A stretch of 64,000 nt of DNA, from NCBI GenBank assembly GCA_014360825.1, contig JACIWT010000005.1:16248-80247 (forward strand). The letters run 5' to 3'. Origin of the DNA: Chloroflexota bacterium (GTDB lineage: Bacteria > Chloroflexota > Anaerolineae > UBA2200 > JACIWT01). Below, in pieces: positions 1 to 9,604 of the stretch; within the stretch, counting starts at the first letter, position 1, and every line of letters starts with the position of its first letter. The notes below the pieces were generated by a model. That model ran no database searches. It was not told the DNA's origin and was given only the letters and a program-made list of their open reading frames with translations. The position numbers and the translations under genes are program-made.

Positions 1-2
1 AC

Positions 3-323
3 GAGAGGATGGCCGAAGCACTGCAGCAGACAGTGGGCACCCATGACTTCGCTACGTTCGGCTGGTCAGCGCTGGAGGCAAACACCGAGCGCACCATTCT
101 GGCGGCTCGCTGTGTCCGCCAGGCGGATTTCATCCGGGTAGAAGTGGAGGCCAATGGTTTCCTTCGGCAGATGATGAGGAAGATGGTGGGCACGCTGATT
201 GCAGTGGGAACGGGAGAATTGTCTGTCCAGCAATTCAGGGATATTTTGGAGGCCCGAGATCGGAGGTTATCTGCCCCGGCAGTGCCACCCTGTGGGCTCT
301 GTCTGGAGCGGGTGAATTATTGA
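3..323 (+). CDS. truA: tRNA pseudouridine(38-40) synthase, 3' part (starts before window)
   Basis: [22 protein letters not shown] and [12 protein letters not shown] motifs; lies directly upstream of rplM-rpsI. Confidence 0.95.
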   Translation, partial: ERMAEALQQTVGTHDFATFGWSALEANTERTILAARCVRQADFIRVEVEANGFLRQMMRKMVGTLIAVGTGELSVQQFRDILEARDRRLSAPAVPPCGLCLERVNY

Positions 324-345
324 GGTTTGGGGCCGAGGAGTAATC

Positions 346-786
346 ATGACGAAAACGTACGCAGTCAAAGCAAGCGAGATCCAACGTGAATGGTATATTG
401 TGGATGCGGAGGGGAAAACGCTGGGTCGCCTGGCCAGTGAGGTGGCGAAGATCTTACGTGGCAAGCACAAGCCGATCTTCTCGCCACACCTGGACACCGG
501 TGATTTCGTGATCGTGGTCAATGCAGACAAAATCCGAGTCACAGGTCGCAAACTCAGCCAGAAGATCTATTACCGCCACTCCGGCTATCCGGGGGGTTTC
601 AAAACGATGACGCTGGGGCGTTTGTTGCAACTGCACCCTGCGCGGGCCGTTCGTTTCGCCGTGCGCGGGATGCTGCCGGATAACAAGTTGGGTAGAGCGC
701 TGATCAAGAAACTGAAGGTGTATGCTGGCAGCGAGCATCCTCACGCTGCCCAGAAACCGAAGGCGCTTGAGATAGGAAATCGCTAA
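346..786 (+). CDS. rplM: 50S ribosomal protein L13
   Basis: [42 protein letters not shown]. Confidence 0.99.
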   Translation: MTKTYAVKASEIQREWYIVDAEGKTLGRLASEVAKILRGKHKPIFSPHLDTGDFVIVVNADKIRVTGRKLSQKIYYRHSGYPGGFKTMTLGRLLQLHPARAVRFAVRGMLPDNKLGRALIKKLKVYAGSEHPHAAQKPKALEIGNR

Positions 787-798
787 GAAGGAACGGTT

Positions 799-1191
799 AT
801 GTCTGCCAGATATTTCTATGGAACCGGACGGCGAAAGACATCAGTGGCCCGGGTGCGTCTTTATCCAGGCACAGGCGAAATCATGGTCAACGGTAAGCCG
901 TTGGAGGAGTACTTTCCGCGCCAGCGTGACCGAGACACCATCCTTGCTCCTCTGCGCGCTGTGTCTATGGGCGACCGCTACAACGTGATGGCCCTCGTAG
1001 AAGGGGGCGGCATCAGCGGGCAGGCAGGTGCCATCCGTCATGGCATTGCCCGAGCCCTGTTGGCTGTGGATCCCCAGTTACGCCCAACACTGCGCCAGGG
1101 TGGCTTTCTCACCCGTGACCCGCGCGTCAAGGAACGCAAGAAGCCCGGACTCAAGCGCGCCCGCAAGGCTCCCCAGTACACCAAGCGCTAA
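799..1191 (+). CDS. rpsI: 30S ribosomal protein S9
   Basis: GTGRRKTSVARV, GGGISGQAGAIRHG, C-terminal RKAPQYTKR. Confidence 0.99.
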   Translation: MSARYFYGTGRRKTSVARVRLYPGTGEIMVNGKPLEEYFPRQRDRDTILAPLRAVSMGDRYNVMALVEGGGISGQAGAIRHGIARALLAVDPQLRPTLRQGGFLTRDPRVKERKKPGLKRARKAPQYTKR

Positions 1192-1307
1192 TCGTCGGCT
1201 TCACGGCCAAGCCCTGCTACACCTTTGCGCATCTCGCCGAGGAATCTGTTTTGCGCTCTTGCGGAGCAGGGCTTGGGACAGAAGGGCGAAAACCATGTGG
1301 TATGTAC

Positions 1308-1342
1308 AAGAGCCCCTTCCTGTTCCAAGGAAGGGGCTTTTG
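1308..1342. terminator. Probable bidirectional intrinsic terminator between convergent rpsI and ubiA-family gene
   Basis: AAGAGCCCCTTCCT-gttcca-AGGAAGGGGCTTTT hairpin followed by a T-run. Confidence 0.75.
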
Positions 1343-1352
1343 TTGCCCGGCG

Positions 1353-2222
1353 TTACCGAATGTACATCACAGCGACGACTACCAATCCCCACAGAATCAC
1401 ATCGAGCAAGAGCGGCTTGTCCTTGAAGATCAATTCCTCAGGCGCGCCGCCCTCTTGTTTGACGTGAATCAAATATAGGTAGCGGAAAAGTCCGTATACG
1501 ACGAAGGGGATCGTCAGCATCATGGAGTGGTTGGCCGGCAGATTGGGTGCTGAGAAGGTGTAGAATGACCACGATACCGCGGCAGCAGTGGTGACCAAGC
1601 CAAGCATGTCTTCCAGCAAGCGCAGGTTATATTCATCAAATGTCTTGCGGTGTTCGTTGGCGTTTTCTTGAAGTAGGATCAGTTCCTCGCGGCGCTTGCC
1701 GACGGAAATGAGCAGCGCCAGAAAGCCCATGCAGAGATACATCCAGGGTGAAAAGCGTTCCGCTTTCACGATCACCACGCCTGCTGCCACCCGCAGCACA
1801 AATCCTGCGGCCACGGTCATCACATCCAAGATCACGATGTTTTTGAACCAGAATGAATAGAGCACGAGGCTGATGAAATAAGCGAGCACGATGATCCCGA
1901 AATGTCTGTCCAGCACGAAACTGGTTGGAATGCAGGCCAGGGCCAGAACGAGAGCCGCAGCGAGAGCCACCCTGGGGTCCAATTGCCCGGAGGCCAGTGG
2001 ACGAAGCCTCTTCGCGGGATGTTGCCGGTCTTTTTCGACGTCCGCAAGGTCGTTGATGATATAAACGGCACTGCTGACCCCGCAGAATAGGATCATGCCG
2101 CCAATGGTCTTCAGAAGCAAAGACGGAATAAACATCTTCTGATCAAAAACCAGGGCAGCGGCAATGAAGATGTTCTTCGGCCACTGAGTGGGCCGCATGG
2201 TCTTAAGCAATGCTTTCAACAT
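1353..2222 (-). CDS. UbiA-family prenyltransferase (decaprenyl-phosphate phosphoribosyltransferase-like)
   Basis: MRPTQWPKN, YIINDLADVEKDRQHPAKRLRPLASG; multi-TM; GAGGAG RBS before ATG 2222. Confidence 0.9.
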   Translation of the reverse strand: MLKALLKTMRPTQWPKNIFIAAALVFDQKMFIPSLLLKTIGGMILFCGVSSAVYIINDLADVEKDRQHPAKRLRPLASGQLDPRVALAAALVLALACIPTSFVLDRHFGIIVLAYFISLVLYSFWFKNIVILDVMTVAAGFVLRVAAGVVIVKAERFSPWMYLCMGFLALLISVGKRREELILLQENANEHRKTFDEYNLRLLEDMLGLVTTAAAVSWSFYTFSAPNLPANHSMMLTIPFVVYGLFRYLYLIHVKQEGGAPEELIFKDKPLLLDVILWGLVVVAVMYIR

Positions 2223-2289
2223 TCCGTGGTTCTCCTCGTAGATAGTGAGATGATTCCAATCATACCTGATGGAGGGCATTCCGTCAACC

Positions 2290-2318
2290 TTGACTTTCGC
2301 TGCAAAAGAGGCTATTCT
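2290..2318 (+). promoter_or_regulatory. sigma70-like promoter for tlyA
   Basis: TTGACT-17 nt-TATTCT. Confidence 0.55.
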
Positions 2319-2334
2319 TAGTTATCGGGTGAGA

Positions 2335-3138
2335 ATGACGAAGCGACGTCTGGATGTGCTGACCTTCGAGCGAGGATTGGCGGAGAGCCGCGAACAAGCC
2401 CATCGCCTGGTGCTGGCCGGGGCGGTACTCGTGGACGGCAAGGTGGTGGATAAACCTGGGACCCGCGTGCCCGAGGCAGCAGAGATCACCCTCGTGGAGT
2501 CTTTGCCCTATGTCAGCCGGGGTGGGCTTAAATTAGCGGCTGCCCTGGACAAATTTGACATAAATGTCACAGGCTTGGTGGCTGCCGATATCGGTGCATC
2601 CACCGGCGGCTTCACCGATTGCCTTCTGCAGCGGGGCGCGGCCAAAGTCTACGCCATTGACGTTGGGTACGGGCAACTCGCCTGGAAATTGCGGCGTGAC
2701 CCCCGCGTCGTGGTGATGGAGCGTGTTAATGCCCGCTATCTCGAAGCCCTGCCGGAGCCGGTGGACTTAGTGACCATAGATGTATCTTTCATCTCGCTGC
2801 GGCTCATCCTGCCAGTAGCCATGTGTCTGCTCGGGCCCGCGGGACAAGTCATCGCCCTGATCAAGCCCCAATTTGAAGCCGGGCGCCGGCAGGTGGGCAA
2901 GGGGGGCGTAGTGCGTGATCCAGCAGTGCACCGGGCAGTGCTCGAAGGACTACTTTCGTGGGCCATAGAGCAGGGGTTTGTTTTGCAAGGGCTCATCCCT
3001 TCGCCTGTCCTGGGCCCGGCGGGGAACCAGGAGTTCTTAGTTCACCTCGCGCGGGTGGGGGAGAGCCGTGACCCGAGGGCGCTTGTGGCGGGCTGTCTGG
3101 GTGGTGAGGAAAAACAGCCGACCACTTCACCTTGCTGA
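2335..3138 (+). CDS. tlyA: TlyA-family rRNA (cytidine-2'-O)-methyltransferase
   Basis: S4 domain, [34 protein letters not shown]. Confidence 0.95.
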   Translation: MTKRRLDVLTFERGLAESREQAHRLVLAGAVLVDGKVVDKPGTRVPEAAEITLVESLPYVSRGGLKLAAALDKFDINVTGLVAADIGASTGGFTDCLLQRGAAKVYAIDVGYGQLAWKLRRDPRVVVMERVNARYLEALPEPVDLVTIDVSFISLRLILPVAMCLLGPAGQVIALIKPQFEAGRRQVGKGGVVRDPAVHRAVLEGLLSWAIEQGFVLQGLIPSPVLGPAGNQEFLVHLARVGESRDPRALVAGCLGGEEKQPTTSPC

Positions 3139-3195
3139 GGCATAGGAACGCCGACAAAGGGAATACAAACTACATTCATGCATCGGAGGTTGCTC

Positions 3196-3468
3196 TTGGA
3201 TTGGAAAGTACTGCTCTCGACGTTCACAGTGCTTTTTTTAGCCGAGTTGGGAGATAAGACCCAACTGGCGGTCATCTCCCTCACTTGTCAACACCAGAAG
3301 CCGCTGGCTGTGTTTTTGGGGGCTACACTAGCCCTGGCGACAGTAACTCTCGTCGGTGTGGTGGGCGGTCAAGCGGTGGCCCAAATCGTGCCAGAGGAGA
3401 GTATGAGGCGCATCGCTGCGGCGGCGTTCGTAATACTCGGATTGCTTATGTGGTTCAAGATACTCTGA
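3196..3468 (+). CDS. TMEM165/GDT1 (UPF0016) family single-repeat cation transporter
   Basis: FLAELGDKTQLA motif; TTG start after GGAGG. Confidence 0.9.
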   Translation: MDWKVLLSTFTVLFLAELGDKTQLAVISLTCQHQKPLAVFLGATLALATVTLVGVVGGQAVAQIVPEESMRRIAAAAFVILGLLMWFKIL

Positions 3469-3500
3469 CCCATTCCGCTGAGTGGCGCGTGAAGGGAGTG

Positions 3501-3884
3501 ATGATGAAAAAAGAATGGCAGGCTGCCGGCTGGGGTCTGGTACTATTTCTGACCGGAGTGGTTTTGCTCTGTCTCGTGACTTTTCTTGGTCATTCCCGTT
3601 GGTGGGCACCGGCGATAGTGTTGGGCACACCAGTGGTGATTGGGTCACTCACTCGGGTTCACTTGAGGGGCTTCGCACCGGAGGACCGCCTGGTTACAGC
3701 ATTGATTTTCGGCATCGTGGTTGTGACGGTGAACCTGATTTTGGACAGCCTGATGTGGGTGAGTATCTGCTGGTGGAACTTTCCATCCGTGCCGGGTGCA
3801 GAGTGGCCTCTGATATGGATTTCCGCACTCATTGCCTATGCAGAGATGCTGCTGGTGTCATGGATGGTGGGAGCAAGGCAGTGA
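3501..3884 (+). CDS. Hypothetical membrane protein (about 4 TM)
   Basis: Hydrophobic ORF with GGGAG RBS before ATG 3501. Confidence 0.6.
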   Translation: MMKKEWQAAGWGLVLFLTGVVLLCLVTFLGHSRWWAPAIVLGTPVVIGSLTRVHLRGFAPEDRLVTALIFGIVVVTVNLILDSLMWVSICWWNFPSVPGAEWPLIWISALIAYAEMLLVSWMVGARQ

Positions 3885-3888
3885 GTGT

Positions 3889-3917
3889 TTGACTATGGGG
3901 AGAGCGGAAGTTATAAT
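3889..3917 (+). promoter_or_regulatory. sigma70 promoter of tRNA gene
   Basis: TTGACT-17 nt-TATAAT about 40 nt upstream of the tRNA. Confidence 0.8.
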
Positions 3918-3959
3918 AATCGTGTAGACTTCTTTAGATTGAGTCTCAGCGAAAGCCGT

Positions 3960-4033
3960 GCGCCTGTAGCTCAGTGGATAGAGCCGCAGACTTCGAATCT
4001 GTGTGGTCGGGGGTTCGAGTCCCTCCAGGCGCA
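3960..4033 (+). tRNA. tRNA-Arg (anticodon UCG), CCA not encoded
   Basis: Acceptor GCGCCTG/CAGGCGC, D-arm GCTC/GAGC, anticodon arm GCAGA-CTTCGAA-TCTGT, T-arm GGGGG-TTCGAGT-CCCTC. Confidence 0.95.
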
Positions 4034-4229
4034 TTGAGCACAATAATTGGTGGTCGGAGGATATCTGCCCGCTACAAACAGGTGTGAAACATGGGGAGCC
4101 AACAAGGCATAGACACAATGTGTAGTGGATACCGGAGCAATCACATTCTAACACGGCAGCCCGTTCATTGCAAGTCGGTGGATGGGCTTTCTGGTTCTTC
4201 GACTTCTGTCTTTTCGGTAGGAGGGTCAA

Positions 4230-4937
4230 ATGCAAGTAAAGACTTTAGGGCTATTGACTTGTATGCTGGCTGTAGTTTTGCTACTACCGAGCGCGTGCGC
4301 CTCCCAATCGACGCCGACTCCAACTCCTGAGCCGCAAATACAGCTGGTGCGGGTAGTCGACGGTGATACGATAATAGTGAACATTGATGGTCGCGAGTAT
4401 ACCGTGCGCTACCTGGGCATCGATGCGCCAGCGCTGGATGCGCCATTTGGTGAAGAGGCCAGGCGCATTAATGCCGAGTTACTTGGACAGAGAACTATTC
4501 GCCTCGAAAGCGACGTCAGCGATACGGACAAGGAAGGACGACTGCTGCGCTATGTTTGGGCGGGTGGACTCATGGTCAATGCTGAACTGGTACAGCGAGG
4601 CTATGCACGAGTAAACCCACGTCCGCCGGATATTAAATACGAGAAGGAACTGTTTCAACGGCAAACCTGGGCGAACTCTGCGAAGCGCGGTATCTGGAAG
4701 ATCCCCGGAAGTGGGTCGGTCAGCGAATGGCGGGGGGTATATATTGGCATGCCTGCTGACGATGTGCTAGCAATTCATCCCAAGAGTGAGGCAATAGGCG
4801 AACCGGAGGTGTTAGGCACTGACGCAGAGGGGTTTATTGTAAAATGGACTTACCCAGGTGCTTTTCTAATCCTCACTAGATGGAAAAAAGATGGGGTGGA
4901 GTGCTATCGTGTAAAAGAAATTCATTTGGTGCCATAG
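4230..4937 (+). CDS. Thermonuclease (SNase) family lipoprotein with extra C-terminal domain
   Basis: Lipobox PSAC; RVVDGDTI, VRYLGIDAP, DKEGRLLRYV, NAELVQRGYA. Confidence 0.88.
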   Translation: MQVKTLGLLTCMLAVVLLLPSACASQSTPTPTPEPQIQLVRVVDGDTIIVNIDGREYTVRYLGIDAPALDAPFGEEARRINAELLGQRTIRLESDVSDTDKEGRLLRYVWAGGLMVNAELVQRGYARVNPRPPDIKYEKELFQRQTWANSAKRGIWKIPGSGSVSEWRGVYIGMPADDVLAIHPKSEAIGEPEVLGTDAEGFIVKWTYPGAFLILTRWKKDGVECYRVKEIHLVP

Positions 4938-5076
4938 GAACCGTGCGGTGAATACACCGAAATATGTACGCAACCGACGTGAGCGGCATGCGCCGCATGG
5001 AATATAGATGCTCGCAGGGTCCAGTGAAGTCATCACCAGCTGGTAATTGCCACTTTGCGCAATAAGGAGGCAACAC

Positions 5077-5595
5077 ATGAATGGGCCAGAGCCCGTTATC
5101 GGTTTCAACGTGAAGCCGGAAATGTTAGAAGAAATAAAGACGAAAATACTTGATGAGCACGAGCAGCTGCTCGGAGTGTTCACGGCCCAGCCGCGCGCTG
5201 ACCGAGGGGGCTACAAAAGCCTTCTCCGGGGTCGCCTGGTAATTACTGACAAGCGCGTGATTGTGTGGGCACGCGGTCTCGGCGGAGGCACAGAAGCCTT
5301 TTTGTACAATGACATTCTCAGCGTAGAGGGAAGCAAGGGGCTTGTGCTGGGCAAGGTCACCCTTAACCTTGGAGGAGCGAAGGAAATAATTGACAGTATG
5401 CCGAATCCGGAGGTTGATATTGCGGTCAAGATGATACGAGAGCAGATTCAGCTTGCTAGAACGCAAAGCCAATTGGAACAAGTCAGTGATGATATTCCAG
5501 CCCAAATTGAAAAACTGGCCAAATTGCGTGACGCTGGAATTCTCACAGAGGAAGAATTCAGTGCAAAGAAGGCTGAGCTGCTGGCCAGAATGTAG
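5077..5595 (+). CDS. Bacterial PH-domain protein with C-terminal SHOCT domain
   Basis: GRLVITDKRVI (bPH-like); IEKLAKLRDAGILTEEEFSAKKAELL (SHOCT); AAGGAGG RBS. Confidence 0.85.
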   Translation: MNGPEPVIGFNVKPEMLEEIKTKILDEHEQLLGVFTAQPRADRGGYKSLLRGRLVITDKRVIVWARGLGGGTEAFLYNDILSVEGSKGLVLGKVTLNLGGAKEIIDSMPNPEVDIAVKMIREQIQLARTQSQLEQVSDDIPAQIEKLAKLRDAGILTEEEFSAKKAELLARM

Positions 5596-5680
5596 TCGGA
5601 CTTCGGGCAGTGAGACTTCATTACGGGCCGCGCGTTGAAATCATCGCTTTCGGCTTGAATAATGCGGCAGGTTTATTCAA

Positions 5681-7459
5681 ATGAAGCACACGAGGACCCT
5701 CGTCGCCTTGCCTCTATTGGTCAGCGCTGTTGCGACCGCCCTCATGCTGGCTCCCCTGTTCGCAGATTTTGCCCACCGCGCCGCCAACCTGGCCGGCGAT
5801 GCCTCGGAGTACATCTTCCGCATCTGGTGGTTCAACCAAGCCTTATTCCGCGAAGGCGTCTCGCCCTTCTACCACCCGCGCATTTTCTACCCCTACGGCT
5901 ATGCCCTGGGCCGTTCGGAGACCACCCTCGCTAATCTGACGCTGGCAACTCCACTAGCGCTCTTGGCAGGCGAAATCATAGCATACAATTCGTTGTTGGT
6001 GGCCTCCTGCGTTCTGAGCGGGTTTGGTATGTACCTGCTGGTGTACAGACTGACACGGGAACCAGTCGCCGGGCTGCTGGCGGGGCTGGCCTTCGCTTTC
6101 GCACCGACGCATCTGGCACACTTGGCCATGGGTATGATAGGCATTGCCAGCGTGCAGTGGCTCCCGTTCGCCTTTTTGGGCGTAGAGAGTATGCTGGAGC
6201 GCCGTGATGTGCGATCGGCGATCCTGACGGGGGTTTTCTACGCTTTCGCTGCCTTATCAGCCTGGTATATGGCTTTCATTGTCGGGATAGGACTGGTGTC
6301 CTATTTTCTGTTCCGATTGTGGGCACAGAGGAGGCGGTGGGATCGCACGCTGGTGATCCTGGTAGGATTGTTCGCCATCGTGGTCATCGTTTTGGTGAGC
6401 CCTGCCCTGGTGATGGCTTGGCGCACCCACTCGGAGATGACTCGTTCGATCTCCGTTGCCGATCACTGGGGCACTACTTTCCTCGATTTCGTCTATCCTA
6501 ACCCTCGCCATCCGCTCTGGGGATCATTTTTCCTGGCCCGGTACGATGCATTGACCCGTCGCGGCGACGCTTACCTGGGATTGCCGGTGTTACTGCTGGC
6601 CATTGCGGGATGGTGCTTGGGCAGGCGGCGAGAAATGTGGCCCTATCTGGCAGTGGCATTCTTGGGAGGCATCTTGTCGCTGGGCTTGACGTTGCACATG
6701 GCCAACGGTCGGTTGTATATCCCGGTGCCCCAGGCCATAGAGAGAGTGTTCACCGCGGGGATGGGTATCTTATCCCGAGACCTAGCGCTCAATGCCACGG
6801 CTACCTACTGGACGTTGCGCGTACCCGGGCAGATCTATATCCCGCTGCCGGCAATGCTGGTGTATCTGTTTTTCCCCGGCGGAAATGGGATGCGTTTCTG
6901 GCATCGGTTTGCCTTATTGACGGTGTTTGGGGTTTGCGTCCTCGCGGCGGTGGGGTTGGTTTATGTCTTGCGACGGGTGGAGAGCAGACGATGGCGCTTA
7001 TTGATAACGGTTCTCTGCCTGGGGATAGTGTTGTTCGACTTCGCCTGGGCACCAGGGATGTGGGGGGTGCAGTCACTGGCTCCACATCCGGCTGTGGTTT
7101 GGCTTGCTGAGCAACCGGGTGATTTCGCGATAATGAAAATGCCAGTAGAGGTGGCGCTCTGTGGGCCATCGCTCTATGAACTGGTGACCCACGGGAAGAA
7201 CATGGCCTATGGCTACGGGGCATTCTTCCCGCCGGAGTGGGAGATGCGCCGTTGGGCATTGGAGCGTTTCCCAGAAGAAGTATGTCTGGAGGTGCTGCGC
7301 GCCTGGGGTGTGCGCTACATACTCTTCTACCCAGGAGAGTATCCTGCGCTGGGGCTGGGGCCAACCCCAGACTTATCGGCGGTGGCGGGATTGCGACTGG
7401 TCAGGTCTTTCGGCGACGTGGAGGTTTGGGAACTCGTCGCCCAGCAGGTGGATAGTTAG
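5681..7459 (+). CDS. Polytopic membrane protein, GT-C/YfhO-like putative glycosyltransferase
   Basis: Many TMs; IFYPYGYAL, GFGMYLLVYRLT..AGLAFAFAP, MRFWHRF; C-terminal GVRYIL soluble domain. Confidence 0.65.
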   Translation: MKHTRTLVALPLLVSAVATALMLAPLFADFAHRAANLAGDASEYIFRIWWFNQALFREGVSPFYHPRIFYPYGYALGRSETTLANLTLATPLALLAGEIIAYNSLLVASCVLSGFGMYLLVYRLTREPVAGLLAGLAFAFAPTHLAHLAMGMIGIASVQWLPFAFLGVESMLERRDVRSAILTGVFYAFAALSAWYMAFIVGIGLVSYFLFRLWAQRRRWDRTLVILVGLFAIVVIVLVSPALVMAWRTHSEMTRSISVADHWGTTFLDFVYPNPRHPLWGSFFLARYDALTRRGDAYLGLPVLLLAIAGWCLGRRREMWPYLAVAFLGGILSLGLTLHMANGRLYIPVPQAIERVFTAGMGILSRDLALNATATYWTLRVPGQIYIPLPAMLVYLFFPGGNGMRFWHRFALLTVFGVCVLAAVGLVYVLRRVESRRWRLLITVLCLGIVLFDFAWAPGMWGVQSLAPHPAVVWLAEQPGDFAIMKMPVEVALCGPSLYELVTHGKNMAYGYGAFFPPEWEMRRWALERFPEEVCLEVLRAWGVRYILFYPGEYPALGLGPTPDLSAVAGLRLVRSFGDVEVWELVAQQVDS

Positions 7460-7501
7460 TTTTCAAATAACTGGTATTTCCTTAAAATTCTCGAAGCGCT
7501 A

Positions 7502-7530
7502 TTGACAAGTCTGCTGGGTTGTGATAAAAT
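7502..7530 (+). promoter_or_regulatory. sigma70 promoter
   Basis: TTGACA-17 nt-TAAAAT. Confidence 0.75.
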
Positions 7531-7536
7531 ATGAGC

Positions 7537-7610
7537 AGGCGGTTGGGAAAAAGCGAGACTTTCCAGATAGTCCGCCCACCGCAAGGCCTGAGATCGGCTC
7601 AGGCCTTTTT
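7537..7610 (+). ncRNA. Candidate small RNA or attenuator leader (family unknown)
   Basis: About 75 nt between a consensus promoter and a strong terminator; stem GCGG(T)TGGG/CCCACCGC. Confidence 0.4.
7583..7610 (+). terminator. Intrinsic terminator
   Basis: AAGGCCTGAG-atcgg-CTCAGGCCTT followed by TTT. Confidence 0.8.
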
Positions 7611-7864
7611 GTGTCTGCCGAAATGAGAATAGCACCCAATAACCAGCGTCTGTAGGAGAATTGCCCCCAGATTTCGCAACAGTTCTGAACAAGCCTTCCA
7701 CTGTCCTTGACGTCTGCTCTGATCTGCGATAATATGATAACCAGAATATATTTCTCCTGAATAAGGGCAATAGTTCCACTACTGCATCCCCAGGCAACGA
7801 CCAGGGAGAGTAGGGTTTATTGTGTGCCACAGGAGCACCGCATAAACGCGGGCAGGAGGAAAAG

Positions 7865-9489
7865 ATGCAGCGCCTGTGGTTTGTTGGGGGCCTGATCATC
7901 GTTGCCCTCGTCGCTGCCTCCCTTGCTCCCTTAACTCCTTCGACCATCGCCCAATCGCTCATCGGGACTGTGAACGTGGGCGACAATCCCGGTGCGACGG
8001 TCGCCGATCCGCTTCGCAACCTCGTCTATGTCGTCTGTGAGTATGACGACACCATCTACGTGTTGGACGGCAATTCCAATACCGTCGTCCGCACCATTCC
8101 TCTGCCCTACAACATTTCTGGAGCGGCTCTGGACCCCATTGCCAACCGCCTATATGTGGCGTCGTGCAGCCCAATTCACGTGCTCGATGCGGCCACTGGC
8201 AATGAGGTGGGAGCGATCAACGAGTGCGTGTTCCACCCGGAGGAGTTGGCAATTGATCCAGGTCGGCATCGACTGTTGGTCAGTGACGAGAGCGGGCTTA
8301 TTGGTGTGTCAGACTACGTTAACATCTACGATACGAGGACCCTCCAGAGAGTGGCTCGAGTCGAAATCGGTTACAGTACCGTTTTTCGCGACGTGGCCGT
8401 AGCAGTGAATGCGGTAAGCGGCATGGGCTACGCGTCATACGACGCTCAGCCCAACTTGGTTTTCTTTGATGTGATGACCGGTGAGATTAGACACCAGGTG
8501 CGCGACATCTCGGCCACGCACGGTGTCGCTGCTGATCCGGTGCTCAACCGCGTGTACGTCCGTTGCCTGAATGAGATCGCCGTGTTCGATGGCACCACAG
8601 CGGCTCGCGTGGGCTCGATCCCTGTAGCGGGCATCATCGGACTGAACTGTGGTGCGAGGCGGGTTTACAGTTGGAAGTCACAGGACATGCGAGTTTTCGA
8701 TGCCAACACACTCACTGCAGTGGGCACTGTGCGGGTGCCAGGGACGGGTTATGCGGGAACTATGCCAGCATTGGCGTGTTGGAGGCGCTGGGGCGGGTCT
8801 ATTGCCCGATGACGTACGACGATAAGGTGGCGGTGATACAAGACGTCGCCGCCGTGACCACACCTACTACAGGCCCGCCTGGCACGGCTACTCCAACCTG
8901 CACACCCACCCGTACCGCTACCCCAGGCCCCTCGCCCACGCCCACTCGCACCCGTCCGCCAGGCGCAGCCGAGATGTTCTTGCCCATCATCCGCAAGGGA
9001 TTTCCGCTGCCTACTCCCACCCCCACTCGCACTATCACGCCCGAGTGGCACGGGCGACCCAACGATGGCCTGTGGCGCGGCCAGACCACTACCACCGGCC
9101 ACCCCGACCACCCTCAAACCATCGCTTTCGAGACCGCCAGCGGCGGCTCGAAGATCCGCGCCGGGATGGACTTGGTGACGTACGTCTATGAGTCCAATTC
9201 CTGGATTTGCTACGGCACAGCCACTTGGGAGATCGCCAATGCCGTTCCGATTGGCACGGATGGGACGTTCACTTTCTCCCGCACCTACCTGGATGGCAAC
9301 ATCTCGGGCACAGGGCGCTTCGTCTCGCCCACTCGAGCGGAAGGGACCTATGCCACGAACATACTCTACGGTGTCTGCGGCAACATTTACAACACGGGCA
9401 CATGGTGGGCGACGTGGCAGGGTGCAGCCGGGGAGGATACGGATGTGGTAAGTGGGGGAGAATTAGGTCTGGAGATGCGCGTGGAGTAA
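7865..9489 (+). pseudogene. Secreted YVTN-type beta-propeller protein with PT linker, split by a frameshift near 8755
   Basis: Signal peptide and DP..NRLYV repeats in frame 1; propeller sequence continues (GNYASIGVLEALGRVY..DDKVAVI) in the overlapping ORF 8671-9489; one extra G in the GGG at 8755-8757 would join them. Confidence 0.7.
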
Positions 9490-9558
9490 GAAAAACAGGT
9501 GCAAAAGCCCCCACAGGTTCCCAAAACCTGCGGGAGGGTGCTGCAGCAGTGGACAGAA

Positions 9559-9591
9559 AAGGGGCCTAGCGACCGCATCGCCAGGCCCCTT
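9559..9591. terminator. Possible bidirectional terminator between convergent genes
   Basis: AAGGGGCCT...AGGCCCCTT inverted repeat. Confidence 0.5.
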
Positions 9592-9604
9592 GCTCATTGC
9601 TCCA

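Noticed and set aside
1207-1276. 12-bp inverted repeat after rpsI as MITE or ncRNA
   Set aside because: Only one copy seen and no target duplication; most simply a 3' UTR stem ahead of the terminator
7531-7626. 31-codon ORF across the candidate sRNA
   Set aside because: The ATG lies immediately after the -10 box, upstream of the likely TSS, has no RBS and runs through the terminator
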